Assembly: GCA_963734545.1 (NCBI GenBank)
Contig: CAVTHO010000005.1
Coordinates: 64,001-128,000 of the forward strand
DNA: 64,000 nt
From: an uncultured Spirochaetota bacterium
GTDB taxonomy: Bacteria > Spirochaetota > Spirochaetia > SZUA-6 > Fen-1364
Direction: 5' to 3'
A model generated the notes under the pieces. That model made no database searches, had not been told where the DNA came from, and saw only the letters and a program-made list of their open reading frames with translations. The translations under genes were made by a program, and so were the position numbers. Shown here in pieces: positions 10,339-20,028 of this stretch (positions are counted from its first letter, which is position 1; every line of letters begins with the position of its first letter).

Positions 10339-11868
10339 GTGGCGGCGCGAAAGAACCTGACAGGACGAGCGCACGCGCAGTCAGTCTACCCGCGGTCGAC
10401 CCGGGTTCGGTCAGCCGAGATCGACCTGGCCGCGACTCCCGAGAGAGTATTCGCCGCGCTTGCCGACGAGCCATACGCGGCATTCCTCGATTCGAGCGCG
10501 GGAAGCCGGGGTGAAGCGCGCCGCTCGTACATCGGCTGGCGTCCCGTTCTCGTTCTGCGCGCGCGCGGCAGGACCTTGGAGACGATACAGGACGGGAAAA
10601 GCGTCATCTCCACGGAAGACCCGCTCGAAGCGCTGCGGCGCGTCCTGCGCGCAATGGGGCCGTGCCGCTCAGGCCGGGACCAGGGATTGATCGGCGGCCT
10701 GATCGGCTACCTCGGGTACGAGCTCGGAGGCCAGATCGAATCCGTGGCGATGAGGCACCGACAGAATGCAGGCGCGCCGGACCTGTATTTCTGTCTCTAC
10801 GACACTGTCTTCATCTACGATCATGCGCGCTCCGCGTGGAGCATGAGCTCCTTTGCTCCGCGGAGCCTTGCGGAAACGAGCCGGGAGCTGGTGCGCGCGC
10901 TGAACCCGGGCTCCGCGCCCCGGCCCGGGAGAAAAGAGCATGTCTCCCTGATGCGGCCGCTGAAATCCAACTTCACCCGCGCGCAATATCTCGCCGCGGT
11001 TCGGCGCGTGAAGCGTCTCATACGTGACGGCGAGGTCTACCAGGTGAACCTGTCCCAGCGTTTCTCCACGGAGATCTCCTGCTCACCGTGGGAGCTCTAC
11101 CTCGCTCTCCGGCAGCTCAATCCCGCCCCCTACTCGTGCTACCTCAAGTTCCCCGAGCTGGTCCTTGCCAGCTCGTCGCCGGAGCTTTTTCTGCGCGTGC
11201 GCGGACGGGAAGTGGAGACCCGGCCGATCAAGGGAACGCGTCCCCGTGGACGGAACCCCGCGGAAGACCGCGCGCTGCGCAAGGAGCTTGCCGCGAGCGG
11301 AAAGGACGCGGCGGAGCTTGCCATGATCGTCGACCTGGAGCGAAATGACCTGGGGAAGGTCTGCGACTATGGATCGATCCACGTGAAACGCCGCTCCCGC
11401 ATCGAAAGCTACGCGACCGTATTCCATTCCGTTGCGAGCGTGATCGGCCGCCTGGCGCCGGCGAGAGATATCGTGGACCTCATCCGCGCGGCCTTTCCCG
11501 GCGGCTCGATCACCGGCTGCCCGAAAATCAGCGCCATGCGGATAATCGATGAGCTCGAAACGGCTGCGCGCGGTCCGTACACGGGCTCGATCGGCTACAT
11601 CTGCGCCAATGGCAATGCGGAGCTGAATATCGCCATCCGCACCTTTGTCGTCAGGGGGAGGACCGTGAGCTTCCATGTGGGCGGGGGGATAGTGGCCGAT
11701 TCAGATCCGATCGCCGAGTATCAGGAGACGCTGCACAAGGGCAAGGCCCTGGCCAACGCGCTCCGTGACGCAGAATCCGCGGAGTACCGTGACGCAAATC
11801 CGTGGAGTACGGCGTACTCGCCGAACGGGTACTCCCGTACCGCGATGCCTGTGGGACGACTGCAATGA
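10339..11868 (+). CDS. pabB: Aminodeoxychorismate synthase component I
   Basis: YQVNLSQR, SSSPELFL, PIKGT, MIVDLERNDL and FPGGSITGCPK. Confidence 0.9.
   Translation: MAARKNLTGRAHAQSVYPRSTRVRSAEIDLAATPERVFAALADEPYAAFLDSSAGSRGEARRSYIGWRPVLVLRARGRTLETIQDGKSVISTEDPLEALRRVLRAMGPCRSGRDQGLIGGLIGYLGYELGGQIESVAMRHRQNAGAPDLYFCLYDTVFIYDHARSAWSMSSFAPRSLAETSRELVRALNPGSAPRPGRKEHVSLMRPLKSNFTRAQYLAAVRRVKRLIRDGEVYQVNLSQRFSTEISCSPWELYLALRQLNPAPYSCYLKFPELVLASSSPELFLRVRGREVETRPIKGTRPRGRNPAEDRALRKELAASGKDAAELAMIVDLERNDLGKVCDYGSIHVKRRSRIESYATVFHSVASVIGRLAPARDIVDLIRAAFPGGSITGCPKISAMRIIDELETAARGPYTGSIGYICANGNAELNIAIRTFVVRGRTVSFHVGGGIVADSDPIAEYQETLHKGKALANALRDAESAEYRDANPWSTAYSPNGYSRTAMPVGRLQ
11763..11840. repeat. 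Cluster of four AGTA/TACT-loop hairpins (REP-like family) within the pabB 3' end
   Basis: 24/23-bp tandem CCGTGACGCA(G)AATCCGYGGAGTA, then CGGCG-TACT-CGCCG and ACGGG-TACT-CCCGT. Confidence 0.75.
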
Positions 11869-12707
11869 CGCAGGTTGTCTATTTCGACGGGTCTTTTGTG
11901 TCAGCTGACATGGCCCGGCTTCCGGTGCTCTCACGCGCCGTGCTCTATGGCGAGGGCCTGTTCGAGACGCTGCGCACGTACGACGGCCTGCCCTCAGCGC
12001 TCGCTCCGCACCTGGCTCGACTGGAGCTTTCCGCCCGGGCCCTCGCCATCCCGCTGCCGGCCAATCTGGCAGGCGCGGCGCGCATCATTCCGCGGCTGCT
12101 CGCGCGCAACGCGCTTTCCGATGCCGTTGTGCGTATCTCGGTCCTGGCGGGACGGTCCGCCGAAGGCCTGCCGGCAATCGCCGACAGGTCGCACCTGCTG
12201 ATCGCCGTCAGGAGAATTCCCGCCGCGCTGGAAAAGGAACGGGCTCGCGGCATCAGGGCGGTGACGATCCGCGCCGGCTCGCTCCCGCTGTCCGCCCACA
12301 AGACAACCTCGTACCTGCGCAGCGTGGCTGCCCTGCGCGGGCACGCGGGAGCGCGCGAGGTGGTGTACGTGGACGAGGCAGGCAGGATACTCGAAGGATC
12401 GACATCGAACATATTTGCCCTTGTGGGCACCCTTCTCGTCACCCCGCCGGCAGACGGACGGATTCTCCCCGGCGTGACGAGGCGGATTGTGCAGGAGATC
12501 GCCGGCCAGGCGGGGTTGAAGGTACAGGAGAGGCCGATGTCCGCGCAGAGCGCCGCGGGGGCGGACGGCCTCCTGATCACGAACTCCGTGATCGAGCTCC
12601 TGCCCGTCATCGAGCTCGATGGACGGGCAATCGGCGGAGGCAGACCGCATCCCCTCACGAAAGTCCTTCACGGTCTTTACCGGGCACGGGTCCGCAGTCA
12701 GGGATGA
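11865..12707 (+). CDS. pabC: Class IV aminotransferase / 4-amino-4-deoxychorismate lyase
   Basis: YGEGLFETLR, HLARL, HKT, EGSTSNIF and ILPGVTR; ATGA-coupled to pabB. Confidence 0.8.
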   Translation: MTQVVYFDGSFVSADMARLPVLSRAVLYGEGLFETLRTYDGLPSALAPHLARLELSARALAIPLPANLAGAARIIPRLLARNALSDAVVRISVLAGRSAEGLPAIADRSHLLIAVRRIPAALEKERARGIRAVTIRAGSLPLSAHKTTSYLRSVAALRGHAGAREVVYVDEAGRILEGSTSNIFALVGTLLVTPPADGRILPGVTRRIVQEIAGQAGLKVQERPMSAQSAAGADGLLITNSVIELLPVIELDGRAIGGGRPHPLTKVLHGLYRARVRSQG

Positions 12708-12771
12708 CTACCGCGCCAAAATGACGCGCAAGCGCGTCGGGGCGCGGTGAGAGGGCGAGCGAGGGCAGGGT

Positions 12772-12801
12772 CGGCGTCCGCGCCGAACGGGTACTCCCGT
12801 A
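12772..12801. repeat. REP-like double hairpin, direct repeat of 11810..11839
   Basis: CGGCG-TCCG-CGCCG-A-ACGGG-TACT-CCCGT-A; CGCCGAACGGGTACTCCCGTA is identical in both copies. Confidence 0.75.
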
Positions 12802-12914
12802 TGCCCGTAAGCGAGCCCGCAGGGTGGACTATGGCGCCCCCGCAGCCAGCCGTTTTCTGTTGTCCGCCGGAACGTCGAGCAGGCTGACGGTCCCATCCGG
12901 CCCGGGGAAGTTGA

Positions 12915-13619
12915 TCAAGGACGCGTCAGCTTGAAGCGAACGGGTATGATGAGGCGGAACGGGACGGACCTGCCTGCCTGCAGCGCCGGCTCGAAAGAAG
13001 CATGCCGGACCGCCTGGAGCGCTGCCTGGTCAAGAGCATTGTGGCCCGAAGAGGTGAGGACTTCAGCGCTGACCACGACGCCCGATTCGTCGATGAAAGC
13101 CGAGATTCGGACGACTCCCTCGAGCCCTGCCTTCCGCGCGCTCCGCGGATAGGTCGGCAGAATCTCCGCCTTCGGACGGGGAGGAGAAAGCGCAGGTGCC
13201 GCGGCAGTACCATGGGCCCGGTCGTCGGTTCCACCGGTGCCTGCCCTGCCCGCTTCAGTTCCAGCCCCTGCGCCTGAAACCGTCGCCTGGTCGCCCGGGC
13301 CGGATGGTCCTGCGGCGCGCTGCATCGTCACGGGCAGAGCCGCGGCGTCGCTTGGATCGCTCGGGGCCTCAGCAGCGGGGAAAGCAGCGGATGCGGCAGC
13401 CTGCGTCGGCAAGGGAACGGCTGCTGCCGCAGCGGCCCGGCTCACCGGCGCCGGGCCCGCGTTGCTGCCGGCATTGGGCGTCTCTGCATACTCAAGGGCA
13501 AGCTCGACTGTCGGCACCCTCGTATCAATCTGTCCCGGGGACCGTGGGACGAGCAGGATGAGGGCATGGAGGCTGCCTGCCACGACGAGGGAAAGGGTGA
13601 ATACAAGCCGCGGCCCCAT
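12915..13619 (-). CDS. tonB: Energy transducer TonB
   Basis: N-terminal TM with SLHAL, Ala/Pro-rich spacer, C-terminal PTYPRSARKAGLEGVV...SSGHNALDQAA. Confidence 0.9.
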   Translation of the reverse strand: MGPRLVFTLSLVVAGSLHALILLVPRSPGQIDTRVPTVELALEYAETPNAGSNAGPAPVSRAAAAAAVPLPTQAAASAAFPAAEAPSDPSDAAALPVTMQRAAGPSGPGDQATVSGAGAGTEAGRAGTGGTDDRAHGTAAAPALSPPRPKAEILPTYPRSARKAGLEGVVRISAFIDESGVVVSAEVLTSSGHNALDQAALQAVRHASFEPALQAGRSVPFRLIIPVRFKLTRP

Positions 13620-13639
13620 TGTGCTCCCCTGCCTCCTCC

Positions 13640-15607
13640 TTACCAGTGCAGGCGCACGCCGGTCTCGATGGAGAACGGGGGCATCGGGAAACCCGCCTGG
13701 GTATAGTACAGCGTATTGAAGATGTTGTTCAGCGCGAGCGTGAACGCGATGTTTTCGCTTGCCGTCAGCCTGTAGTCGGCATTGGCAACGAAGTATCCCG
13801 GGAGCGCGCCGGACTCGACATTCGCGATGTCCGTATATTTTTTGCTCACGTACTGGGCTCCGATTCCGAAGGAGTGGGTCTTGTTCTGGTACCGGGTCTC
13901 GAGGCTGAGAGTGTGCAGGGGCACAAAGGGCACCCGCCGGCCTTCGTCAATCGGAACCGTCTGTCCCAGGTACCGCAGGATCAGGCTGTATATGAATGTG
14001 TAGCCGGCCTCAATGGATATCCGGTCCGTGAGCGCAACCCTGGCATGGAGCTCGACGCCTGGCTGCAGCGATTCTCCGATGTTCACCGCGAAGTAGGTTG
14101 CGGCGCTCGGGTCCCAGCTTATGCTGTTGTAGAGCAGCCTCGCGAACACGGACGCGTCAAGCGCGAGACCCGGCCTCTGCAGGGTCCAGCCGATCTCGCC
14201 GCTGAACGAGGTTTCCGGCTTCAGATCCGGATTCCCCACGTCTCCGTACGGGTCGATCCAGTAGAGCTCGTTCAGCGTGGGCACGCGGTAGGCGCTCCCG
14301 AACGAGGCGCGCAGCGAGGATTCGTCGGAAAGGAGCACGACGGCGCTGAGAGAGTACGAAAGACTGCCGTTGAAATCGGAGAAGTAGTCGTAGCGCGCGG
14401 TCGGAGTGATCGTCAGCCAATCCACGGGGGTGACGGGCGCCGAAAGAAAGCCGGCAACGTTGAGCCTGTTCTTCAGACCTGCCAGGTTCGTGCTGTCCGC
14501 AAAATCGTCGATGACGCTCCCGCCATAGATCAACGCGGCAAGGTCGGAAAGCGTGAGCTTCTGTGTCACGTCCACGCTCCCGGTCCGGGTGCGGTGAGTG
14601 CTGGCCGGAGGAGAGGCGGGATCATGCAAGGCAAGCTCGTCATAGCGATAGAAGGCCTTGAGATCGAGGGTCAGCGCGTCGGTCAGGAACCGGTTGGTCT
14701 TCCAGGAAAGGGTCCCGGAGACCGCCGAGTCGGTTTGTCGCGCCGTTGTGCTGACGTAAGTCAACGAGCCGGGCGTCCCCGTGTCGGAAGTGTCGAGCAC
14801 CGCTTTCAGACCGATCTCGCCGCCGAAGAGGGGGGCATCGAGCCCGGCGAACCCGCTGCCGGAGAGGGAGTCTGCATTCGTCTTCCTTCTCCAGGCGTTG
14901 ATGCCGGTGGGATCGTTCCAGGTGAACCCGTTCGCGGCCCGGGTGAAGGATCCGCCGCCGCTGAGGCCGATATCTCCCAGTTTCCCGGCAAGCGACAGGG
15001 TGACTGCCTGGCTGTCCAGGAGATCCAGTGGGTCGGCGGAAACCGGAGTCGCGGCAAGGGTGGGGGAAACGGTGTGCGCGTCATGCGGAATATAGCTGCC
15101 GTTCAGAATGCTCAATGTGAGCTCGGACGCGCGCGCCTTTTTCGTGATGATGTTGATCACCCCGCCGCTGGCCATCGTCCCGTACAGCGCGCTCTCCCCG
15201 CCCCTCACGATCTCGATGTGGTCGATGATCTCCATCGGGATCGACGACAGGTCCACGGCGCCGTCACGGCTCGAGTTCAGCCGTATGCCGTCAAGGAGGA
15301 CAAGGACCTGGCTCGAGGTGGAGCCTCTCAAGCTCACCGTCTGGCTGGCGCCGACCGGTCCGTAGTCGTTGACAACGACTCCCGGCTGGCCGCTGATCAC
15401 CTGCGCGACATCGGTAGCGCCCGATTCTGCGATCTGCGCGGCACTGATGACGCTGACCGAGCTCGGTGATTCGAGGATCGTCGAATCGACCCGGGTCGCG
15501 GTCACGACCACCTCGTTCAGCTCGGCGGTGTTTTGCGCCCCGAGGGGCGCGGACGCAGGAGCGATGCACGCAAGAGCGGCGCTTGCGAAGAGGATCTTTC
15601 TGTTCAC
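13640..15607 (-). CDS. btuB: TonB-dependent receptor, probably for cobalamin (BtuB-like)
   Basis: Signal peptide, TonB box EVVVTATR, plug LRGS...VLVLLDG...IEIVRGGESALYG, C-terminal aromatic residue; cobalamin riboswitch upstream. Confidence 0.85.
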   Translation of the reverse strand: MNRKILFASAALACIAPASAPLGAQNTAELNEVVVTATRVDSTILESPSSVSVISAAQIAESGATDVAQVISGQPGVVVNDYGPVGASQTVSLRGSTSSQVLVLLDGIRLNSSRDGAVDLSSIPMEIIDHIEIVRGGESALYGTMASGGVINIITKKARASELTLSILNGSYIPHDAHTVSPTLAATPVSADPLDLLDSQAVTLSLAGKLGDIGLSGGGSFTRAANGFTWNDPTGINAWRRKTNADSLSGSGFAGLDAPLFGGEIGLKAVLDTSDTGTPGSLTYVSTTARQTDSAVSGTLSWKTNRFLTDALTLDLKAFYRYDELALHDPASPPASTHRTRTGSVDVTQKLTLSDLAALIYGGSVIDDFADSTNLAGLKNRLNVAGFLSAPVTPVDWLTITPTARYDYFSDFNGSLSYSLSAVVLLSDESSLRASFGSAYRVPTLNELYWIDPYGDVGNPDLKPETSFSGEIGWTLQRPGLALDASVFARLLYNSISWDPSAATYFAVNIGESLQPGVELHARVALTDRISIEAGYTFIYSLILRYLGQTVPIDEGRRVPFVPLHTLSLETRYQNKTHSFGIGAQYVSKKYTDIANVESGALPGYFVANADYRLTASENIAFTLALNNIFNTLYYTQAGFPMPPFSIETGVRLHW

Positions 15608-15636
15608 GGAAATCTCCCGACGGCCTTCTCGATCCC

Positions 15637-15718
15637 CATCCGCGTGCTCGTGCGCGAACTTGCGCACCTGCGGGTTTCATCCGCGAGCTCGTGCGCGTGC
15701 TTGCGCACCCGCGGGTTT
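15637..15718. repeat. 41-bp tandem duplication, each unit a nested hairpin
   Basis: CATCCGCGWGCTCGTGCGCGWRCTTGCGCACCYGCGGGTTT twice, 37/41 identical. Confidence 0.85.
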
Positions 15719-15826
15719 ATCGTGTCATCCGCACGGGATGCAGAGATGAGGTCCAGGCATTGATGCGCGGGGAATCAGCGGTTGGGAAAACGGCACGCCA
15801 GGCATCCTCTCTCCACGAAGGGTAAA

Positions 15827-15990
15827 GGTTTCAGGAATCGTCTCCTGGCTTCCGGGTCAATCTCCCCGCAGCGCCTTCTCGCCTCCCTCAGAGGCAATGG
15901 CCGGGATGTCTCCATCCGTGCTGCAGGAATCCCCGGTTACAGTGGCGGGACCGCTGCGGAATTGCACCGCATTCCGTGTTCCCTGAAACA
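15827..15990 (-). ncRNA. Cobalamin riboswitch
   Basis: Minus strand reads TTTCAGGGAA...CGGTGCAATTCCG...CCCGCCACTGTAA...GAAGCCAGGAGAC...TCCTGAAA (P1 pairing and B12 box); upstream of btuB-tonB. Confidence 0.92.
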
Positions 15991-16030
15991 GGCAACGCGG
16001 ACTAGAATCTAACAGGGGCGGCCTTTCCGG

Positions 16031-19000
16031 TCAATCGGGCTTTTTCTGCATCGGGACCTGCGCGAAATCTTCGGGCTTCAGGAGGTCCATGTTTTTCTCC
16101 TGGGAGGGAGGGTATGCGCGCAGGAAGTCCTCCTGTCCCGGGCTCCGCCCGTCGGGCCAGGCCACATCCATCACACGCGTGTGATTTGTATCAGCGGCGC
16201 CGCCGCCGATCCTCCACTGCTCGGCCCTTGGAAGCACGTCCCGCACCCGGCGAACGCCCGGGGCGGGAAAGCCATCCTGGCTCAGCACGAGCCCCACGTA
16301 CGCGCACGTCGTGGGGTCCAGGCCGCCCAGGGCCGCGCGAGGCACGATGATCGTCACCTCCCGGCGCGGCGCGTTCACGACCGCCCGAACAGGGCTGCCG
16401 GGGACCTCCGCGGGCTTTCCAGAAGCGTCGGGCACGATGAGCTTCTGGTTCCACCCTTCCACCCAGATGGCATACTCCCAGCCGAAACCTTCAGGCAGCG
16501 ACGCGTTTCGCCCCTCCAGCAGCATGCGGGGGCCGGTCCCTGCGCCGGGGTCCCTGTCGATATAGATGTCGAATGTCTGCAGCGACAGACCGATGCCCGA
16601 ACCCCACGGGTTGCCGATCGGTGCCCCCATGCGGAACCGGAAAACGAGGTTGGCGTCATTCGCGGTGACAACAAAGCTTTGGATATCGAACGCTCCTTTG
16701 TCGAATACCGCATCTGTCGGATAGGTGTATGATCCCGGGCCGTGGTCGTCCCCCGAGGGGTCCCGGACATCCAGAACGACCCTGCCGGTGCCAAGGTCGG
16801 GAACCACCACCTGCGCGGGTCCGGGTGCGGGAAAAACCACCAGATCCCTGTCTCTTGTCGAAAGCACGACCTGCATCTCGAGCTGGTCTCCGATCGATAG
16901 TTCGCCGATGGCTGACAGAGGCAGCGCGATCTCGGCAACCTGCCCTGTCACGGCCGCTTTCACTTCGGCGTTCCCGGGATCCCACGTATCATATGGACCC
17001 TGCGTGAGGAACCGGGCCGAGGCGGTGCCCTCCCCCGGCGTGACCTCAACTGCGAACCCTGCCTGGAACCCGAGCACGCTCCTCCTGAGGGTGAATGAGC
17101 TCGAGGTCTTCTGCCCGGGGCGCGAGAGGTACACCTGCAGCGAAGAGCCCGGTCCGCCGGCGCGTATCTCCTGCCCCAGGTCAATGCGAAAATACGCGTG
17201 GGACAGGTCAAAACCGTAGTAGAAAGCGCGCAGCCGGTCCGACCCCTTTGCCATGGCCCCGCCCTGGAAAATGACCGCACCCGCCTTGTCCCATTCGCCC
17301 GGGCCTGCCACGCCGTCTATCGTGGGCGTGAAGGGGAGCTCGAATGCCCTGGTCGGAGCCACCGGCTTCCGCGCGATGATCGGCACCTTCAGGAATTCGG
17401 GCGCGGGCAGGGCGAGCGCGGCGTATACCTCGCCGAGAAGTGCGCGGAATGCCTCGTCGAAGTATTCGTCATTTCCGGAGTCCTGGTCTTTGCCGAACCA
17501 CCAGAACCAGTCCGATCCCTCGGCAAGATACATTGCGTCGAGCGCCCGGGCCAGCCTCTGCGGGCTGGTCTTCTTTTTCTTGTAGAAATCGTACTGGGCC
17601 AGGGCATTGCGCGCCTTTCCGAGATAGTTCCACGCCGTCGTTTCCTCCGGCTCTCCTATCCACGTGGAAAAATCCGGGGAAAACCAGCAGCCGGCCCAGA
17701 GAGAGTCGAGCCTGCGCTGGTCGGGGAACAGTTTCAGATATCTGGACGGCGTCACGGTGAGGACCGTCGTGCTTGCGGAGAGCTTTCGGTACAGCGCGTT
17801 GAGAAAATCCTTGCCGTCATTGGGATAATTTTCCCACGCGTTTTCACCGTCGAGTATCACGCTCACCAGGTGCGGGCCTTTCGCGCCCTGTGCGCGCAGC
17901 CTTTCCCGGATGGCCTCCAGCCTGTCCATGAAGTCCTGCGCCGCCTCCTCTCCGGGGGTCCCGGAGTACTCGAAAGCGACAAGGTCCGAGATCCGGTTGT
18001 CGCGGAACGTGACCGCAACCCGGGGCCCGGACCTGAATTGCACGTAATAGGGCCGGTAGAGGTCGTCTGCGTCGGTCACGACATCGCCCGCATCCCGATT
18101 GAAGCCGGGTTTGCCCAGCGATTTTGCGAGCACCTGCTCGCCGGATGCCATCCACCGATAGCCGGCCTCCGCCACCAGCTTCACGATGTCCTGCGCAACG
18201 GCGCCTTCCGCGGGCCACAGGCCGACGGGCTTCCTTCCGTAGTGGCTCTCGTAGACCTCGACGCTCCTCGCAAGCTGCGCAATTGCGTCTTGCGGATAGG
18301 AGAATCGCGCCGGCATCTGGGCAGTGGGATCGCTCCCGGCGGCCAGGTCGGAGTTGTAGACGAGCGGAAGGATGGGATGGGCGTACGGAGTGGTGATGAC
18401 CTCGATCTGGCCCGCGTCCTGGAGCTTTCTGTGCTCGGGAATGATTTTTCTGATGATGTCACGCGCGCTCTTGAAGAGGATGGCCTTGTCCCGCTCATCG
18501 AAGTCCCTGCCTTTGCGCACAAGAGACGCGAGCGGCTCCTGGGCCAGGAAGTCAGGATCGAACCAGGCGAGGTTGAACCAGACCTGCAGGTCCCGGAAAT
18601 CCTGAGCGGAAAACGTATGGAGAGCCGATTGGATTGCCTCCTCGGTCGTCCCTCCCCTCTTGTCCAGGAGCTCCTTGTAGCGGGGAAACCGGGCAATCAC
18701 GCGGCTCCAGTTCGTGTCGAAGAACCTCTGGAGGATGAAGACCTTGTCCGCGGCGGCAAGCTTCTCCGCGGGGATCCCGGCCGCCACCTCGTAGGAATCC
18801 CGGGCGCCGGAGGCCAGGTCGTCGAGCTGCCGTATCAGGACCGGCGTCAGGTCGAAGGTGACACGGATGTCGGGATACTTCTCGAGCATGGCAGCCATGT
18901 CGTAGTAATCCTTGGTGGCATGCACCCGCACCCATGGCCGCGTGTACACCCCGGACGCGTTCTTATAGTAGAGAGGCTGATGCTGGTGCCAGACCAGGCT

Positions 19001-19108
19001 GAGGTAAAGCGCGTCTCCCTCGCGTCCCTCCGCAGGGAGCAGCGAAGGGGCAGCAAGGAGAGCACCCGCAAGTGCCAGTGAGGCGAGGAATGCGGCGCGC
19101 GCGGACAT
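16031..19108 (-). CDS. Secreted GH57 amylopullulanase with C-terminal glucodextranase-like (DOMON-type) domain
   Basis: Signal peptide; WHQHQP, TPYAHPILPL, GLWPAEGAV, ILDGENAWE and AEGSDWFWW; C-terminal DPSGDDHGPGSYTYPT. Confidence 0.92.
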   Translation of the reverse strand: MSARAAFLASLALAGALLAAPSLLPAEGREGDALYLSLVWHQHQPLYYKNASGVYTRPWVRVHATKDYYDMAAMLEKYPDIRVTFDLTPVLIRQLDDLASGARDSYEVAAGIPAEKLAAADKVFILQRFFDTNWSRVIARFPRYKELLDKRGGTTEEAIQSALHTFSAQDFRDLQVWFNLAWFDPDFLAQEPLASLVRKGRDFDERDKAILFKSARDIIRKIIPEHRKLQDAGQIEVITTPYAHPILPLVYNSDLAAGSDPTAQMPARFSYPQDAIAQLARSVEVYESHYGRKPVGLWPAEGAVAQDIVKLVAEAGYRWMASGEQVLAKSLGKPGFNRDAGDVVTDADDLYRPYYVQFRSGPRVAVTFRDNRISDLVAFEYSGTPGEEAAQDFMDRLEAIRERLRAQGAKGPHLVSVILDGENAWENYPNDGKDFLNALYRKLSASTTVLTVTPSRYLKLFPDQRRLDSLWAGCWFSPDFSTWIGEPEETTAWNYLGKARNALAQYDFYKKKKTSPQRLARALDAMYLAEGSDWFWWFGKDQDSGNDEYFDEAFRALLGEVYAALALPAPEFLKVPIIARKPVAPTRAFELPFTPTIDGVAGPGEWDKAGAVIFQGGAMAKGSDRLRAFYYGFDLSHAYFRIDLGQEIRAGGPGSSLQVYLSRPGQKTSSSFTLRRSVLGFQAGFAVEVTPGEGTASARFLTQGPYDTWDPGNAEVKAAVTGQVAEIALPLSAIGELSIGDQLEMQVVLSTRDRDLVVFPAPGPAQVVVPDLGTGRVVLDVRDPSGDDHGPGSYTYPTDAVFDKGAFDIQSFVVTANDANLVFRFRMGAPIGNPWGSGIGLSLQTFDIYIDRDPGAGTGPRMLLEGRNASLPEGFGWEYAIWVEGWNQKLIVPDASGKPAEVPGSPVRAVVNAPRREVTIIVPRAALGGLDPTTCAYVGLVLSQDGFPAPGVRRVRDVLPRAEQWRIGGGAADTNHTRVMDVAWPDGRSPGQEDFLRAYPPSQEKNMDLLKPEDFAQVPMQKKPD

Positions 19109-19118
19109 GAGGGGCCTT

Positions 19119-20018
19119 TCAGTCCCCCTTCACCGAACCAAGGGTGAGGCCGGATACGAGCCATTTCGAAGTGAAGAGGAACAGCCCGCCCACCGGTATC
19201 GAGATCAGGATCGACGCGGCCGCGTAGGCTCCCCACTGGGTCTGGAACTGCTGCTGGAGGCTCTGCAGGCCCAGGGGCCACGTGAGGACCGCCGGCCTCT
19301 GGAGCATGATGCGCGCCAGGAGAAAGTCGTTCCACGAGTTCATGAAGTTGAAGAGGAACACCACGGCAAGGGCCGGAGCCGCCAGGGGCAGAACGATCCG
19401 GTAGAGCGTGTACATCCGTGAGGCGCCGTCGATCATGGCCGCCTCCTCCAGGGAGCTGGGGATCGTGTCGTAATAGCCTTTCATGATCCAGATGCTGAAC
19501 GGGATCGAGCTCACCGAGTAGCTGAGGACAAGACCGGTGTAGGTGTTGATGAGTCCCAGACGCGCCGCGATGATGTACAGGGGAACCATCATCATGGCGG
19601 CCGGTATCATCTGCGTGGTGAGCAGGAAGATGAGGAAGCCTGAGCGGCCGTGGAATCTCCATCGGGAGAAGGCGTAGGCGGAGGTTGCCGAAAGGAGCAG
19701 CCCCATGATCGAGGTGGAGATGGTGATCAGGAGACTGTTCCAGATCCAGAGGGGAAAATCCTTTTCAAAGAGGATCGCACGATAGTTCCCCAGGTCGGCG
19801 TCCGGCGGGATGATGGCGAGCGAGGTGCTGAGCAGCCGATCATGCGGCCGCAGCGACACCGCCAGGATCCGCAGCGCGGGGAAAAGAGCGATCACGCACG
19901 CCGCGATCAGAATGAGGTTGACGAGGAGTCGAAACCAGATGCTCTCCCCTTCTATGCGCGCCGTGAGGAGCCGCGCCGGAAGGCTTCTTTTCCTTCGTAC
20001 GACGAGTGTGTCTTCCAT
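19119..20018 (-). CDS. Maltodextrin ABC permease (MalG-like)
   Basis: EAA loop YYDTIPSSLEEAAMIDGAS; six TM segments. Confidence 0.9.
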   Translation of the reverse strand: MEDTLVVRRKRSLPARLLTARIEGESIWFRLLVNLILIAACVIALFPALRILAVSLRPHDRLLSTSLAIIPPDADLGNYRAILFEKDFPLWIWNSLLITISTSIMGLLLSATSAYAFSRWRFHGRSGFLIFLLTTQMIPAAMMMVPLYIIAARLGLINTYTGLVLSYSVSSIPFSIWIMKGYYDTIPSSLEEAAMIDGASRMYTLYRIVLPLAAPALAVVFLFNFMNSWNDFLLARIMLQRPAVLTWPLGLQSLQQQFQTQWGAYAAASILISIPVGGLFLFTSKWLVSGLTLGSVKGD

Positions 20019-20028
20019 GCTCTCCTCC

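Noticed and set aside
9766-11868. trpG/trpE (anthranilate synthase) assignment
   Set aside because: The PIKGT motif and the coupled class IV lyase favour pabA/pabB/pabC; no other trp genes are nearby.
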